A DNA stretch of 64,000 bases. It comes from Felis catus (taxonomy: Eukaryota). The position numbers were made by a program, and so were the translations under genes. The notes beneath the pieces are model-generated. The model was not told where the DNA came from and did not search any database. It saw nothing but the letters and a program-made list of their open reading frames with translations. The stretch covers positions 6,572,001 to 6,636,000 of the forward strand of contig NC_058368.1 of the NCBI RefSeq assembly GCF_018350175.1, in the 5' to 3' direction. Positions 11,191 through 22,869 of this stretch are shown piece by piece. Position 1 is the first letter of the stretch. Every line of letters begins with the position of its first letter.

Positions 11191-12814
11191 CCCTAAATCT
11201 GGAGTCAGTCTGGATATGACAGAAACTCTCTGAAGACTATGACGCAGACAGTTTCAACGAGTCCCCTCACTCTCTCTATTAGGGAAGTGAGAGACGAGGC
11301 GGGGGGCCTTCTAGGCACAGCTACAGAATGGGTCGTGGATGGAGAGACCCAGCAGCAGTATTTGAATCACGTATTTGAGCATTTGAGCTCTGGTCTGCTG
11401 GGTTTCTGTTGTAGCTTTTCCTTTCTGATGCACCACATAATGTCCAAATTATTAATGGTATTTCACCAGAATGTGGTACCAACGGGGTTTGCTTCCTCTA
11501 CCCGCTGAAGAGAAGCTTATGAACTTCCACAGCCTGAAGCAGTTTCCATTCGACTGGATCCTGAGTCCCTCACTCCCTGTCCTGCACGTGACCTTCCCAC
11601 GGGCGCCTAAAAGCTGTGGGTCGGTGATGTTGACAACTTCCGGCCAGGATGCATGAACGGATTCCCACCGCAATGCACACGGAAAAGTCCTCTGGGGCCT
11701 GGAGGGAATCGCCTCGCGCCATAAAGTCTCTTTTTCTAGCTCAGAACAATGTAGAGAGCAATCAAGGTCTGGGGAGAAGGCCATTAGATGCCATCCCTCC
11801 GAGGCTGGCGCGAAGGCGTCTGGTCTGACAGCAGCCGGTGTTTATCGCGAGTTTCAGGCAAGTCTGGGCTCGTGTGGCCATTTATAGCTCAGGCTGCCAG
11901 GGGCCTATTTCTGTGACAGAACAAGGGGTCTCCTGGGACAGAGCAAACCCAAGGGAAGGGGTTCCATGTGCAAGGATGAGGATAACTGCCGGGCTGTTGG
12001 GGGCACGGCGGGGCCGCTAACCCCCCTCTGGCCTCTGGCCTGGCCCCATGAACTTGTTCCACGCTGAGCCTGGGAAGCAGGTGTGGGCAAGACCAGGAAG
12101 AAAAGCCTTCCCCCAAGTCACGGTGAATCGGGGTACCAACACAGGAAGAACAAGGCTCCCCGAACTGGCGAAGATCCCAGTCTGATCTGATGCACTGGAG
12201 ACTCCGGAACATTCTACGCAACGGCACTGGCGATCCAGAGGCTTTGTGTTCACAGCGAAGGCGCCGATGGCAGCCCGGTGCCGACCCAAGGGACGGGGCA
12301 TCCGCAGGAGCTGTGACTGTGATGGGAGGTGCTTTACCAGGTGACCTTGCAGGGGCTCTTGATGGCCTTTTGGCACGGGCGTAGCATCTGAGGCCCCAGT
12401 GGCAGCCCCTGTAGGCACTCCCCTATGACAGGAGAAAAATGGCGTGGGGTGAGGGGAGAAGCCATGCTCTGTGTACAATTTCCGTGACCTTGATTTTGAC
12501 CCCAGGCTTGGGGAAACCCACACGCTGTAGTAGTCTAAATCCACAGGTGGAGGGAGCGTTCTTTTCTCCCCTGGCTCCAAGTGAGAGTGGAAACCCCACA
12601 AGACCAAGCTACGAGGGGCGCTCACACCTCCCTAGGGTATCGGCAGTTTCAGGGACCCCTTTCTGGGGGTAACGGGGGTAAGACTAAGGCACGTGCATGC
12701 CGTAATTTAGCACGCCAGGGGCAGTATAACTTATCGTCCCCTCCAGCCGGCATTCTTCATGTACTTGTTCAGCATTCCCTTGGGAGAGAGAGCATCGTGT
12801 GAAGCATGAGTAAG

Positions 12815-12920
12815 CAGGTGTCACCGCTGGCAGGAGTCAGCGCCCCTCGTGCGGGTGGGACAATTTTCCACGTTCCCAAAGGCCCCTAGGGGGGCAGTAT
12901 CCCCCTGTCAAGAACCAGCG
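12815..12920 (-). mobile_element. MER20-like hAT-Charlie MITE remnant
   Basis: Reverse strand reads ctggttcttgacagggggatactgcccccctaggggcctttgggaa...aattgtcccacc. Confidence 0.45.
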
Positions 12921-13434
12921 GCAAACACTGCTGAGCAGAACAGAAACTCTGCAGGTGACAGGTCTCCCCCTCTTACAGGGAAGCCTCTTAAACATCCGAA
13001 GAGGTCATAGCTTTTGGAGGTCTCGGCCCCCTCCAACGTGATGTAGGAAAACACTCCTTCAGTTCATACCGAGTGCGTGCTTCAGTTAAGAGCGGGTCTG
13101 GAAAGTCAAATTTTCTTTGTCTCATCACACTCAGTGCAGCCTCATTGAGCCTGGCTGCCTGGCGGGGCTCCCTTTAATCTAGCTCTGGGGGTATTGCTCC
13201 CCGATCAGCCAGAAGGTGCTTTCTGGCTAATTTTCCGCTCGCTTGAATTCTACTTACTGATTTGTGAATCCGCGGCCTCACCCTCAGGTTTTGGTTGACG
13301 ACACACGTTTTTGAAGTCATCCGTTCGCCCTGTGTTCTCCTCTTCTTCCTTCAGTGGTTCCACCGTCACCCCCGTCGATCACCTCTGTATAAAAGAGTTC
13401 CCCCGAAGTTCAGTTTCATAAGCCCATTGACTAT

Positions 13435-13492
13435 TTGATTTTGTAGGAGATATTGATTTGATATTGATTTTGTAGGAGATATTGATTTGATA
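13435..13492. repeat. Perfect 29-bp tandem duplication
   Basis: ttgattttgtaggagatattgatttgata x2. Confidence 0.95.
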
Positions 13493-14019
13493 ACTGTTTT
13501 TGCTGTACCTACTGCACCAATCGATTCCGAAAACAAGTTTCTAAAGTGAACACATGTCTCTCGATGCTTGTCCTCCTTTGGGGGCTCCCCGATACCTGTG
13601 TGACAGAGGTCTGAATTCTCTATCTTGATATGCAGGTCTTTCGTGACCAAACCTCACCTCTTTTTCCACCGTCCTCCCCATGATTCCCTCCCATGTACTT
13701 TGCCGTGTACCCACACTGAAAGTGATGAACATTTCAGGATGGCAATAAAAACCTCTGAGAGACAGACACCCAATTATCCAGCAGGCTCCTGAACATTGAA
13801 TTTCCTGATCCATCTGGGAAAACAATGATGTGGTAATTCTGGCCCAGCTCATAGTACTAAATACTTACCAATTCAACAGGCGTCAGACCCAGTGCCCCGT
13901 TCAAACCATCCACAGTCTCCTCACGGCTCAGTTCCCTCCTATCACCATAGCAGCCCACACCCAGTAACAAACAGTGAGGATCTCTGACAAGAGAATGAGG
14001 ACATTACACTTCGGCGTTC

Positions 14020-14224
14020 GGGGCCCCCTGGGTGGCTCTGTCGGTGAAATGTCCCACTTTGGCTCAGGTCACGATCTCACGGTTCGTGGGTTCCAGCCCC
14101 GTGTCAGGCTCTGTGCTGACAGCTCAGAGCCAGGAGCCTGCTCTGGATTCTGTGTCTTCCTCTCTCTCTCTCTGCCCCTCCCCTGCTCTCTCTCTCTCTC
14201 AAAAATAAACATTAAATAAAATTT
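14020..14224 (+). mobile_element. CAN-SINE
   Basis: Full body; degenerate TSD acttcggcgtt/acttcagtgtt. Confidence 0.95.
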
Positions 14225-14793
14225 AAACTTCAGTGTTTGTACTCTACAGGCTCATGTAGCTGCCTAGTTTTTCTCTCCTCAGCCTCTTGTTACACCGTGA
14301 TACACAACCTGTAAAAGCCCGGTCTGAGTTAGGACAGAGAAACTTCCCTGTCTTCCAAGCTGCCCTTGCTGGAGTCACAGAACCTCCCCAGGCTTAACAA
14401 GTGCAAACCTCAGCAAAATATATAACGTGAGAGTTTGTAATCATTGGGCAACAGGTAGCACGGAGCAGTAACCTCTGAGAGAAGGGAAGGAAATAAATGA
14501 GTCTTACCGTGGCCTCAGTTTATTGCCTGTAGAGTTTCCAGGCTGATGTTCAGAGATGCCGAGTCCGAACGGAGCTTGACATTTTGGCTGAGTTGAGTAG
14601 ACAGAGTTCAAAGTTTAGAGAGGCCAAATTCTAGAATCTTCAGGGCAAAAGACCAGAGAGGAGGGAGCTTCACAGAGAGCTCCAAAAATCCGAAGAGGGG
14701 GCTTGTGGAGTACGTGGATGAGGGCTTATCTGTGTATGTATGCAAGGACACTACCTGAGGCCAGGAAAAGAACCATCATAAAAGAGTGGGGGT

Positions 14794-15030
14794 AGGGTGC
14801 CTGGGTGGCTCAGTAGGTTAAGTGTCTGACTTCAGCTCAGGTCACGATCTCACCACGGTCTGTGGGATTGAGCCCTGGGTCAGGCTCTGTGCTGATAGCA
14901 TGGAGCCTGCTTGGGATTCTCTCCCTCTTCCCCCTCCCCCTCCCCCACTCTCTCTCAAAATAAATAAACTAAAGAAGAACAAGAAGATGAAGAAGAAGAA
15001 GGAGGAGGAGGAGGAGGAGGAGGAGGAAAA
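14794..15030 (+). mobile_element. CAN-SINE whose tail is a (GAA)n(GGA)n microsatellite
   Basis: SINE body then aagaagaac...gaagaaggaggaggag at about 14972-15026. Confidence 0.9.
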
Positions 15031-15394
15031 ATGTTGGCAAAAAAAATCAATGGAGATCCCACAAGGCCAGGAATAATTTGTGTTTCCATCAACCAGGATG
15101 GAAAGACCTCACACAGTGGGTATTGAGTAGAGCCTTCAAAAGATATTGCCTTCGTGGTGGGACCAAATTAGCCCTAGATCTGCCCTCACAAAAGATGAAA
15201 GCCAGCCTTGAGAGAATTAAATCGCTCCCCAGAGCAAACTCCAACAATATACAGAGGTAGACAACATAACCCATAACATTTGTACTCTTTAGTAGACAAT
15301 AAAAAATTATCAGGAATGCAAAGAAGCAGGAAAATGTGACCTATAACGACAAGAAAAAAATAATAATATAGTTTTTTTTAACAGACACAGATAT

Positions 15395-15682
15395 GATGGA
15401 ATTTACGAAACGCAACAGATAAACATAGGGGAAGGGAAGCAAAAATGAGATAAAAACAGAGAGGGAGACAAAGCATAAAAGACAAATACGAAGAACAAAC
15501 TGAGGGTTACTGGTGGGGTGTTGGGATGGACCAAATGGGTGATGGGTATTAAGGAGGGCACTTGTTGGGATGAGCACCGGGTGTTATATGTAAGTGATAA
15601 ATCACTAAATTCTAGTCCTAAAATCACTATTACACTGTATGTTAACTAACTTGAATTTAAATTTTAAAAAATGATAATAAAA
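15395..15682 (+). mobile_element. Carnivore/felid L1 3' end, 5'-truncated, inserted into L1M
   Basis: gaacaaactgagggtt...gggtattaaggagggcacttgttgggatgagcac...tacactgtatgttaactaac; TSD agacacagatat at 15383 and 15683. Confidence 0.9.
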
Positions 15683-15743
15683 AGACACAGATATTAGAAT
15701 TAGCACACAAGGATGTTAATCCGACTATTATAAATACACCCCT

Positions 15744-15823
15744 GGGGGCGCCTGGGTGGCTCAGTCAGTTAAGCATCTGACTCTTGACCTTGGCTCAGGT
15801 TATATCTCAGGTTGGTGAGATCA
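15744..15823 (+). mobile_element. CAN-SINE 5' half only
   Basis: tRNA-like head present; body and tail absent. Confidence 0.85.
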
Positions 15824-17165
15824 CATAGTAGTAGAAATATTTAAATTGAAAGCAAGTAAAAAGATTACGAAAAAAACTGAAAACAGCATCAGTGAGCTGT
15901 GAGATCATATCAAGACTTGAACACATGTATAATTGGAGTTATATGGGGGTGGGGGGAGCAGGGAACCAAAGTGAGAAAGAAAAAAAATATTTGACTAAAT
16001 AATGACCAAAAAGTGTCTACATTTGATGAAAAATATAAACCCACAGACAGTTATCTCAACAGACCCCAAGCAAGAGGAACACGAATAAAATGACACCAAG
16101 GTATATCATAATCAAACTGCTTAAAACAAATGATGAGGAGAAAGTCTTAAAAGCAGCCAGAGAAGGCCTATTACATAAAGGCCCTGAAGACTGCAGATTT
16201 CTTATTAGGGATCACGCAAAGCAGAAGACCACAGAGTGAACGTCGTTCAAACGCTGGAAGAAAAACTGCCAACATAAAATTCTATACAAATCCTATACAA
16301 ATTCTAAACAAAAACGTCTTCCACAAAATGAAAGTAAGCTAAGACTTTTTCAGACACGCCAACGTTGAGAGAATTTATCCTCAGCAGACTAGCGTCATAA
16401 GAAATGTTTAAAGGACTTTTTTAGGCAGAAGGAAAGCGATCCCAGATGGAAATTTGACACTATGCAGAAGAATGAAGAGTGATGGAAATGGTCAACATGT
16501 AGGTAAACGGAAATATACATTTCCCCCTCATCTTTCAAATCTCTTTAAATGATAATGGACTGCTTCAAGCAGAAGTGATAACAATGTATTATGGAGTTTA
16601 TAACATATGTTGACTTAGAATGCAGGGCAATAGTGAGAGCACACAGGCCCGGAGGGGGAAGTGGACGCATACCGTCTTAAGGGTCTTAAACCATACGCAA
16701 AGTGGCATAACATTATTTGCAAGTAGACTTCCAAATAACTTTGAAACGTTCAAGTAACTTCGATAAGCTAGAGATGCGTATTGTAAACCCCAGAGCAACC
16801 ACTAAGACAAGACAAAACAAAGAGTTATAACGAATAAACTCCTAACAGAGATAAAATAGGATAGGGACATGTTCAAGGTCATCAGTACTTAACATCCATA
16901 TATCAGGGAGGAACAAACAGCACTCCAGAGAAAACACGGGGACCTGTGTCCACTTATGTAACTGTAGCCAGGTCATGAAATGCAAATGTCCAAGGTATTC
17001 TAAGATAAAAGATAATGTCGATGTCAGTGGCACCACCAATCTTAGGTAAAGACACAAATGTCGTTAGAGAGTGCTATTATCTGTCACAAAAGGCATCATC
17101 CAAAGACACAAAGAGGGAGGCATCCAGGCCGAATCAGTGAGACATGTATAAGATATTGACTCCAC

Positions 17166-17379
17166 GGGGGCGCCTGGGTGGCTCAGTCGGTTGAGCGTCC
17201 GACTTCAGCCCGGGTCACGATCTCGCGGTCCGCGAGTTCCAGCCCCGCGTCGGGCTCTGGGCTGATGGCTCGGAGCCTGGAGCCTGCTTCCGATTCTGTG
17301 TCTCCCTCTCTCTCTGCCCCTCCCCCGTTCATGCTCTGTCTCTCTCTGTCTCAAAAATAAATAAACGTAAAAAAAAAAA
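17166..17379 (+). mobile_element. Very young SINEC_Fc
   Basis: CpG-intact, pure A tail, perfect 16-bp TSD aagatattgactccac. Confidence 0.97.
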
Positions 17380-17425
17380 AAGATATTGACTCCACTTTTT
17401 GCCCTTCAGCTGAGGACTCAATCTA

Positions 17426-17486
17426 ATTTTTTTTTAATGTTTATTTACTTTTGAGAGAGAGAAAGAGAGCATGAGCAGGGGAGGGC

Positions 17487-17525
<39 letters not shown>

Positions 17526-17653
17526 ATCTGAAGCAGGCTCCAGGCTCTGAGCCATCAGCACAGAGCCCGACGCGAGGCTTGAACTCAAGAACCATGAGAT
17601 CGTGACCTGAGCCCAAGTTGGACACTTAACCGACCGAGCCTCCCAGGCACCCT
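17426..17653 (-). mobile_element. CAN-SINE
   Basis: TSD g(c/t)tgaggactcaatcta. Confidence 0.95.
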
Positions 17654-18030
17654 GTTGAGGACTCAATCTAGATCAACCCAATTCCATTTTGAGAATTCTT
17701 TTTTTTTTGTTCCCAAAGATATATCCCCTTTGTTTTGAAGGCAGAGAATTCTTTTTAAAACCTCTATACTATGACGGTCTTGTACTTTCCCAAGTCAACA
17801 TATTTTCACATGTTCTGGTCTTTCCTCTGCCTGCAACACCTTTCTCCATGTTGTCTTCCTGGCAAAGTCCCGATCATCCCGTAAGGTTCAGTTAATGAAT
17901 CGCCTCTCCTGTGATACACTGCCTGCTCTCTGCAGGCGATTGCCACTGGGTTCCCGTAGTGCCTGGAGCACAACTCCAGCTTAGCATTTATCACACAGAA
18001 CTGTGTTTTCCTATTTATTTCCCCCCTGAC

Positions 18031-18353
18031 GAGTAGGTCTCAAACTTTATCATGCACTAGAGTTGCCTGCAAGTTTGACTGCCACCCCCTTCTCCAGAGT
18101 TTCAGATTAAGTCTGGGATGGGGCCCAAGAATGTGCATTTTTTAATCTAAGGGGTGGGGTAGAGGCAGCGGGAGGGGGAGAGAGAATCTTAACCAGGCTC
18201 TAAGCTCAGCACGGAGCCCGACACGGGGCTCCATCCCACGACCCTGGGATCACGACCCGAGCTAAAATCACAAGTTGAACGCTCAACCGACTGAGCCACC
18301 CAAGAATGTGCGTTTGTAACAAGTTTGCAGGTGACTACCTCAGTCAAGACAGT
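18031..18353. mobile_element. MER5A hAT-Charlie MITE (contains a SINE)
   Basis: gtctcaaactttatcatgcac...ccagagtttcagat...gtctgggatggggcccaagaatgtgcattt..taacaagtt..caggtga. Confidence 0.75.
18141..18300 (-). mobile_element. CAN-SINE (older subtype)
   Basis: TSD ccaagaatgtgc(a/g)ttt. Confidence 0.88.
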
Positions 18354-18647
18354 ATAAAGTGTTTACAAGACACGACCAATGTTTATATTTATCTTTCTAT
18401 CTCTCACACCTAGTATGGTGCTGGCACAAAGTAGACGCTTCATATACATTTTTGTAGCTGAATACATGAATTCATTAAAATACAGTCTACTAGCACCCGT
18501 AGAAATCATTATTTGCCAAATAACCCTGCGCAGCAGAGTACCTATGTAAAAAACAACAAAGAAATATTGAAATATTTATTATTTACACCTGGTGATATTC
18601 CTCTCCCACAAAATAACTTTGAGACCATTTTAAAAGTTAAAGCATCA

Positions 18648-18878
18648 GGGGCGCCTGGGTGATTCAGTTGGTTGAGCGTCCAACTTCAGCTCAGGTCATG
18701 ATCTCACGGTTCGTGAGTTTGAGCCCCACGTCGGGCTCTGTGCTGACAACTCAGAGCCTGGAGCCCGCTTCGGATTCTGTGTCTCCTTCTCTCTCTGCCC
18801 CTCCCCTGCTCATGCTCTCTCTCTCTCTCTCTCTCTCTCAAAAATAAATGAACATTAAAAAAAAATTAAAAATAAAAC
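18648..18878 (+). mobile_element. CAN-SINE
   Basis: Full body; TSD aagttaaagca/aagttaaaaca. Confidence 0.95.
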
Positions 18879-19526
18879 AAGTTAAAACACTGGTAAAACC
18901 AGACACTTAAAAATAAAAATTGAATAATAATCATAAAAGCAGTTTCAAGAAGTAGATAAGCAGAACACTGGGGTACATTTCCGAAACCAAAGGCAAAAAT
19001 TACCTCTGTGCTTCAGAACCTGAAGGGAAAGGCTGACCACCTTGGGCGGCAAAGAGTTACAAAAAAGAAGTTAAGGGAGAAAATTGTTCCGAGTGCTTTT
19101 AATTTATCGTCTAAAGGTGGAAAATGGGAGCCCGTGGTGATGTCCTGACATGCCTCTTAGACCTTGCAAAGAGTTTTGAAGAATGCACATCCAATTATTC
19201 AACATTATTAAATATATTAAACATTATTAAGTAGATTAAATATATTAGCTCTCGTATGCTGAAATTGGCCAGAGTGGTTCCTGTTTTCTACAGCTGCATC
19301 CTGTCGGGCGGACACCCAGGAGCAGTAAAATATAACCCATGTAGCTATCAGGGTCCCTGGGCTTCAAGAAGCCCACTGCTCCTAGGATCTTACAGTTTTT
19401 CCCTGAGCCTGACTGGTGGGCATGGTCCCTAAGGGTCTCAACAAAGTTCGGTTTTTGAAACCTTCCTGTAGGGGCCCAATTGGGGCTCTGCCGAGCTGTC
19501 TCCTTAAATGACATCTTGTTCTTTCT

Positions 19527-19749
19527 TTAAAAAAAAAAAGTTTTTTATAACATTTATTTATTTTTGAGACAGAGAGAGACAGAGCATGAGCAGGGGAGGG
19601 TCAGAGAGAGAGAGACACAGAATCCGAAGCAGGATCCGGGCTCTGAGCTGTCAGCGCAGAGCCGGACGCGGGGCTCGAACTCACGGACCGCGAGATCATG
19701 ACCTGAGCTGAAGTCGGACGCTTAACCGACTGAGCCACCCAGGCGCCCC
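19527..19749 (-). mobile_element. SINEC_Fc
   Basis: Near consensus; TSD acatcttgtt(c/t)tttct. Confidence 0.96.
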
Positions 19750-19799
19750 AACATCTTGTTTTTTCTAACCACAAATAGTATGTGGTAGAAAACACACTA

Positions 19800-19955
19800 T
19801 CATGGGCAATTATTTCTGTTGTTAACCCCGTTCACAGGTGAGACCACTGAAGCTGAGAGCGGTTAGTGACGCCTCCATCGTCTCAAAGTTGGTGCTTCTC
19901 CGAGTCAAGGGGGGCCTGTTGCTGCGGCCTCAGCTGTAACCCTGTAACCCAGTGT
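19800..19955 (-). mobile_element. MIR
   Basis: aaccccgttcacaggtgagaccactgaagctgagagcggttagtgac is the reverse MIR core. Confidence 0.65.
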
Positions 19956-20084
19956 CTCTAGAAACTGTCAGCTCCAACTGGGTTTCAACAGCATTGTATT
20001 TCTTGATCTAAGAACGCTGCCTATCTATTTTTGTGTCTATATTTGCAAGCTTGACAAACGCCAGCATAAAAAAGAGAACACCCC

Positions 20085-20305
20085 GGGGCGTCTGGGTGGC
20101 TCAGTCGGGTAAGCGTCCGACTTCAGCCAGGTCACGATCTCGCGGTCCGTGAGTTCGAGCCCCGAGTCGGGCTCTGGGCTGATGGCTCAGAGCCTGAACT
20201 GCTTCCGATTCTGTGTCTCCCTCTCTCTCTGCCCCTCCCCCATTCATGCTCTGTCTCTGTCTCAAAAATAAATAAATATTAAAAAAAAAAAAAAGGTTTA
20301 AAAAA
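20085..20305 (+). mobile_element. Young SINEC_Fc
   Basis: Full body; partial TSD aacacccc. Confidence 0.96.
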
Positions 20306-20520
20306 AAACACCCCATAAAGAGAAGTGTATTTTTGAGAGGGGAAAAAAAAAAAAATACTAATCAGGGCAGAGACCGAACTTGGTAAATTTTCAATAGTGG
20401 CTCTAAATACAGTATTAAACTGCTCGGCTCCTTTGAGAACAATCCTGTGCTGGGACACGGAGAAAACCCTGTTTACCATCTGTAATGCTCTCACACCAGG
20501 CATCTTAGGAAGTCTCACTT

Positions 20521-20750
20521 TTTTTTTTTTTTTTAATTTTTTTTTTCAACGTTAATTTATTTTTGGGACAGAGAGAGACAGAGCATGAACGGGGGAGGGG
20601 CAGAAAGAGAGGGAGACACAGAATCGGAAACAGGCTCCAGGCTCCGAGCCATCAGCCCAGAGCCCGACGCGGGGCTCGAACTCACGGACCGCGAGATCGT
20701 GACCTGAGCCGAAGTCGGACGCTCAACCGACTGCGCCACCCAGGCGCCCC
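20521..20750 (-). mobile_element. Young SINEC_Fc
   Basis: CpG-intact; TSD ggaagt(c/g)tcacttttt. Confidence 0.97.
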
Positions 20751-21499
20751 GGAAGTGTCACTTTTTAACAAAAGGGTCGTCATCAATATCAGGTCAGGAG
20801 AAGTAACGGGTCATTAACTCTGGCTTTCAAAGAGACTATGGAATTTTTGCCTCTGATACTCTACTCATAAGTGAATGGATCTGTTTTAGAAAGTAGAACC
20901 AAGCATTTACTTAAAAGTTGTGTGTTTCCCATTTCGTATAAAATATGCGCGGTATTTGGGCCTTTCTATCGTGGTTCTGTTAAGGACAAAGAACAGATCT
21001 TTTCGTCTCCTCCCCTGAAAGCAGACCTCATGCGCAGAAGCAAGCTCGGCAGCCTGGTTGGGTAAATCCAGGTTGTTCCCTGTGGCTCAGCCTGGGCCAC
21101 CTCCCCAGTGATTAATGAAACTCTGCAGGGAACCAGCTCTGGGTCAGCTGGGTTGAACATTTCAGGACACAACCAATTTTCTTTGTCACTTTCTCTGGTT
21201 TATCTGACCACAGTCTCTTTCCTCTCCAAATTTCACTTTACACAATAACCAGGCTGGAGATTCGATCATTTATCCCTCACACCCTCTGCGGTAACTTTTA
21301 TTCTGTAGTCTGTGATCTAGGTCATCGGTCCGCCTGGAACCCCTCGCTGTGTGATCTGTGAACTAATCGTCCTGGGAATGCTTGAAGCCATACTTCTAGA
21401 AAGCCCCGGAGGGTAGTGGTGGAGGTCAGCGGGAGGGCGTTCAGACCTAGACCGCGCTCGTATTTCCTTTGGCAAATAAACAGTTTGTTTCTCTCATGA

Positions 21500-21670
21500 A
21501 TAGCTATTCTTGGTTGAGGGCCTCGTAGGTTCTAGGCCCGCTTCATATATGATGCTGCCTTAAAAGTATTACCCAAGAGCCCTGCAAGGGAGCTGTTATC
21601 CTGATTTTTACGGCAAAGAAATTTCAGGCTTAGTGAGGGGAAGCAATCCGCCCAGGGTCATTCAAGTCTG
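21500..21670 (-). mobile_element. MIR
   Basis: ctgttatcctgatttttacggcaaagaaatttcaggcttagtgaggggaagcaatccgcccagggtca. Confidence 0.7.
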
Positions 21671-22279
21671 CTGTCCTCCTGGCTGTTTGTCCCTGCTCCT
21701 AGGGCTCGTGGGCCTAGAGGCTGGGTTCCCGTGGAGTCTCCTTCTCCCTGCCCCATTGCCCCCTCCCAATGTCAATGCAAACGGAAGATCCAGGACTCAT
21801 GCCTGCCCTTGGCGTCTACGGCCCTCTAGCTTCTCTGTACATTCCTTTCCTCTCAGCCACATGAGAAGCTTCCTGAAGGCAGGGACCCCTGGCGTCCAAG
21901 GACTCGGGGCGCATGCCGGGTGCTTGATGGCCATAGTGCTCAGCCACCTGAGTATGCTTTTGTACCCAAAGACTGACTTCAGTACATGTACGTGCTCCCG
22001 AGGTGAATTTTAATCTCATTTATGTTTTGATCTTCTCTTGTTTCAAAAGTTGCTTTCGTCCCTTCCTGAGGTTTTGTGTTCTCTTTCTGGAGATCACCAT
22101 GAACCTGCTCTCCTCAGCCCGCCCTAGGTTACCTCTGAGGGGAAACTCCGAGCCCAACAAGAGTGTCTAAACATTCATGCAGCTGCCGGACCGCAGGTCT
22201 CTGTCTCTGTCTGGCTTCTGCTCAAGGGGCCACCGTAGCCCGGACAGAAGAAGGGCCCAGGGTCGGTTACAAAGCGCCG

Positions 22280-22869
22280 TGAATCTCCTAGGCTGCTGAG
22301 ACAAAGGACCATGAGACTGGAGGCCTTAAACAACGGAAATTTACTGTCTCACAGCTCTGGAGGCTGGATGTCAAGGTCAAGGTGTTAGCAGGGCCCTGCT
22401 CCCTCTGAAGGCTCCGGGCCTCTCTCCTGGCTTCTGCTTCTGCAACCTTCATATGTGGTGGCCTGTGTGCCTAGCTCTGTGTCCAAATTTCCCTTTTATT
22501 ATGGACACCGGGGGGAGCCCTGGGTGGCGCAGGAGGCTAAGTGTCTAACTCTTGATTTCGGTTCAGGCCATGATCTCACGGTTCACGAGATCAAGCCCCG
22601 CATTGGGCTCTGAGCTGGTGGCACAGAGCCTGCTTGGGTTCTCTGTCTCTCTGTCTCTCTCTGCCCCTCCCTACCTCAAAATAAATGAATAAGCATTAAA
22701 AAAAAAACCCAGATACCAGTTACACAGAATTCGGGGCCACCCCACTCCTGTGTGATCTTATCTTATACATCTATAATGGGTTTATCTCCAAGGAAGGTCC
22801 CATTCTGAGGTGCCGGGGGCTAGGAATTCAACATAGTAAGTTTGGAGGGGCATAATTCTACCCATAACA
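22280..22869 (-). mobile_element. MaLR solo LTR (MLT1B/C-like), contains a SINE
   Basis: ttaaacaacggaaatttactgtctcacagctctggaggctgg...; ends acccataaca, the reverse complement of TGTTATGGGT. Confidence 0.85.
22511..22707 (+). mobile_element. CAN-SINE (older subtype)
   Basis: Head, ctcttgatttcggttcagg, CT region, A tail. Confidence 0.9.

Larger units (their letters stand above)
14420..16860 (+). mobile_element. Old L1M (L1MC/MD/ME-like) 5'UTR-ORF1-interORF remnant, interrupted by three insertions
   Basis: ORF1 start-like aaaattatcaggaatgcaaagaagcaggaaaatgtgacc (KIIRNAKKQENVT); ORF1 blocks gatgaaaaatataaacccacag and aaagtcttaaaagcagccagagaa; frameshifted. Confidence 0.8.
17770..18475 (+). mobile_element. 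L2 3' remnant split by MER5A and SINE
   Basis: ttcctctgcctgcaacacctttctcc...; resumes with ctggcacaaagtagacgcttcatatacatttttgtagctgaatacatgaat. Confidence 0.6.

Noticed and set aside
12017..12625. 202-aa ORF, and similar ones at 4846, 43539, 58272 and 59153
   Set aside because: No family resemblance or coding-like composition
12878..12900. CTCF-like GCCCCTAGGGGGGCAG (similar near 31590 and 55406)
   Set aside because: Off-consensus by an extra G or core mismatches; unsupported without PWM scoring or ChIP data
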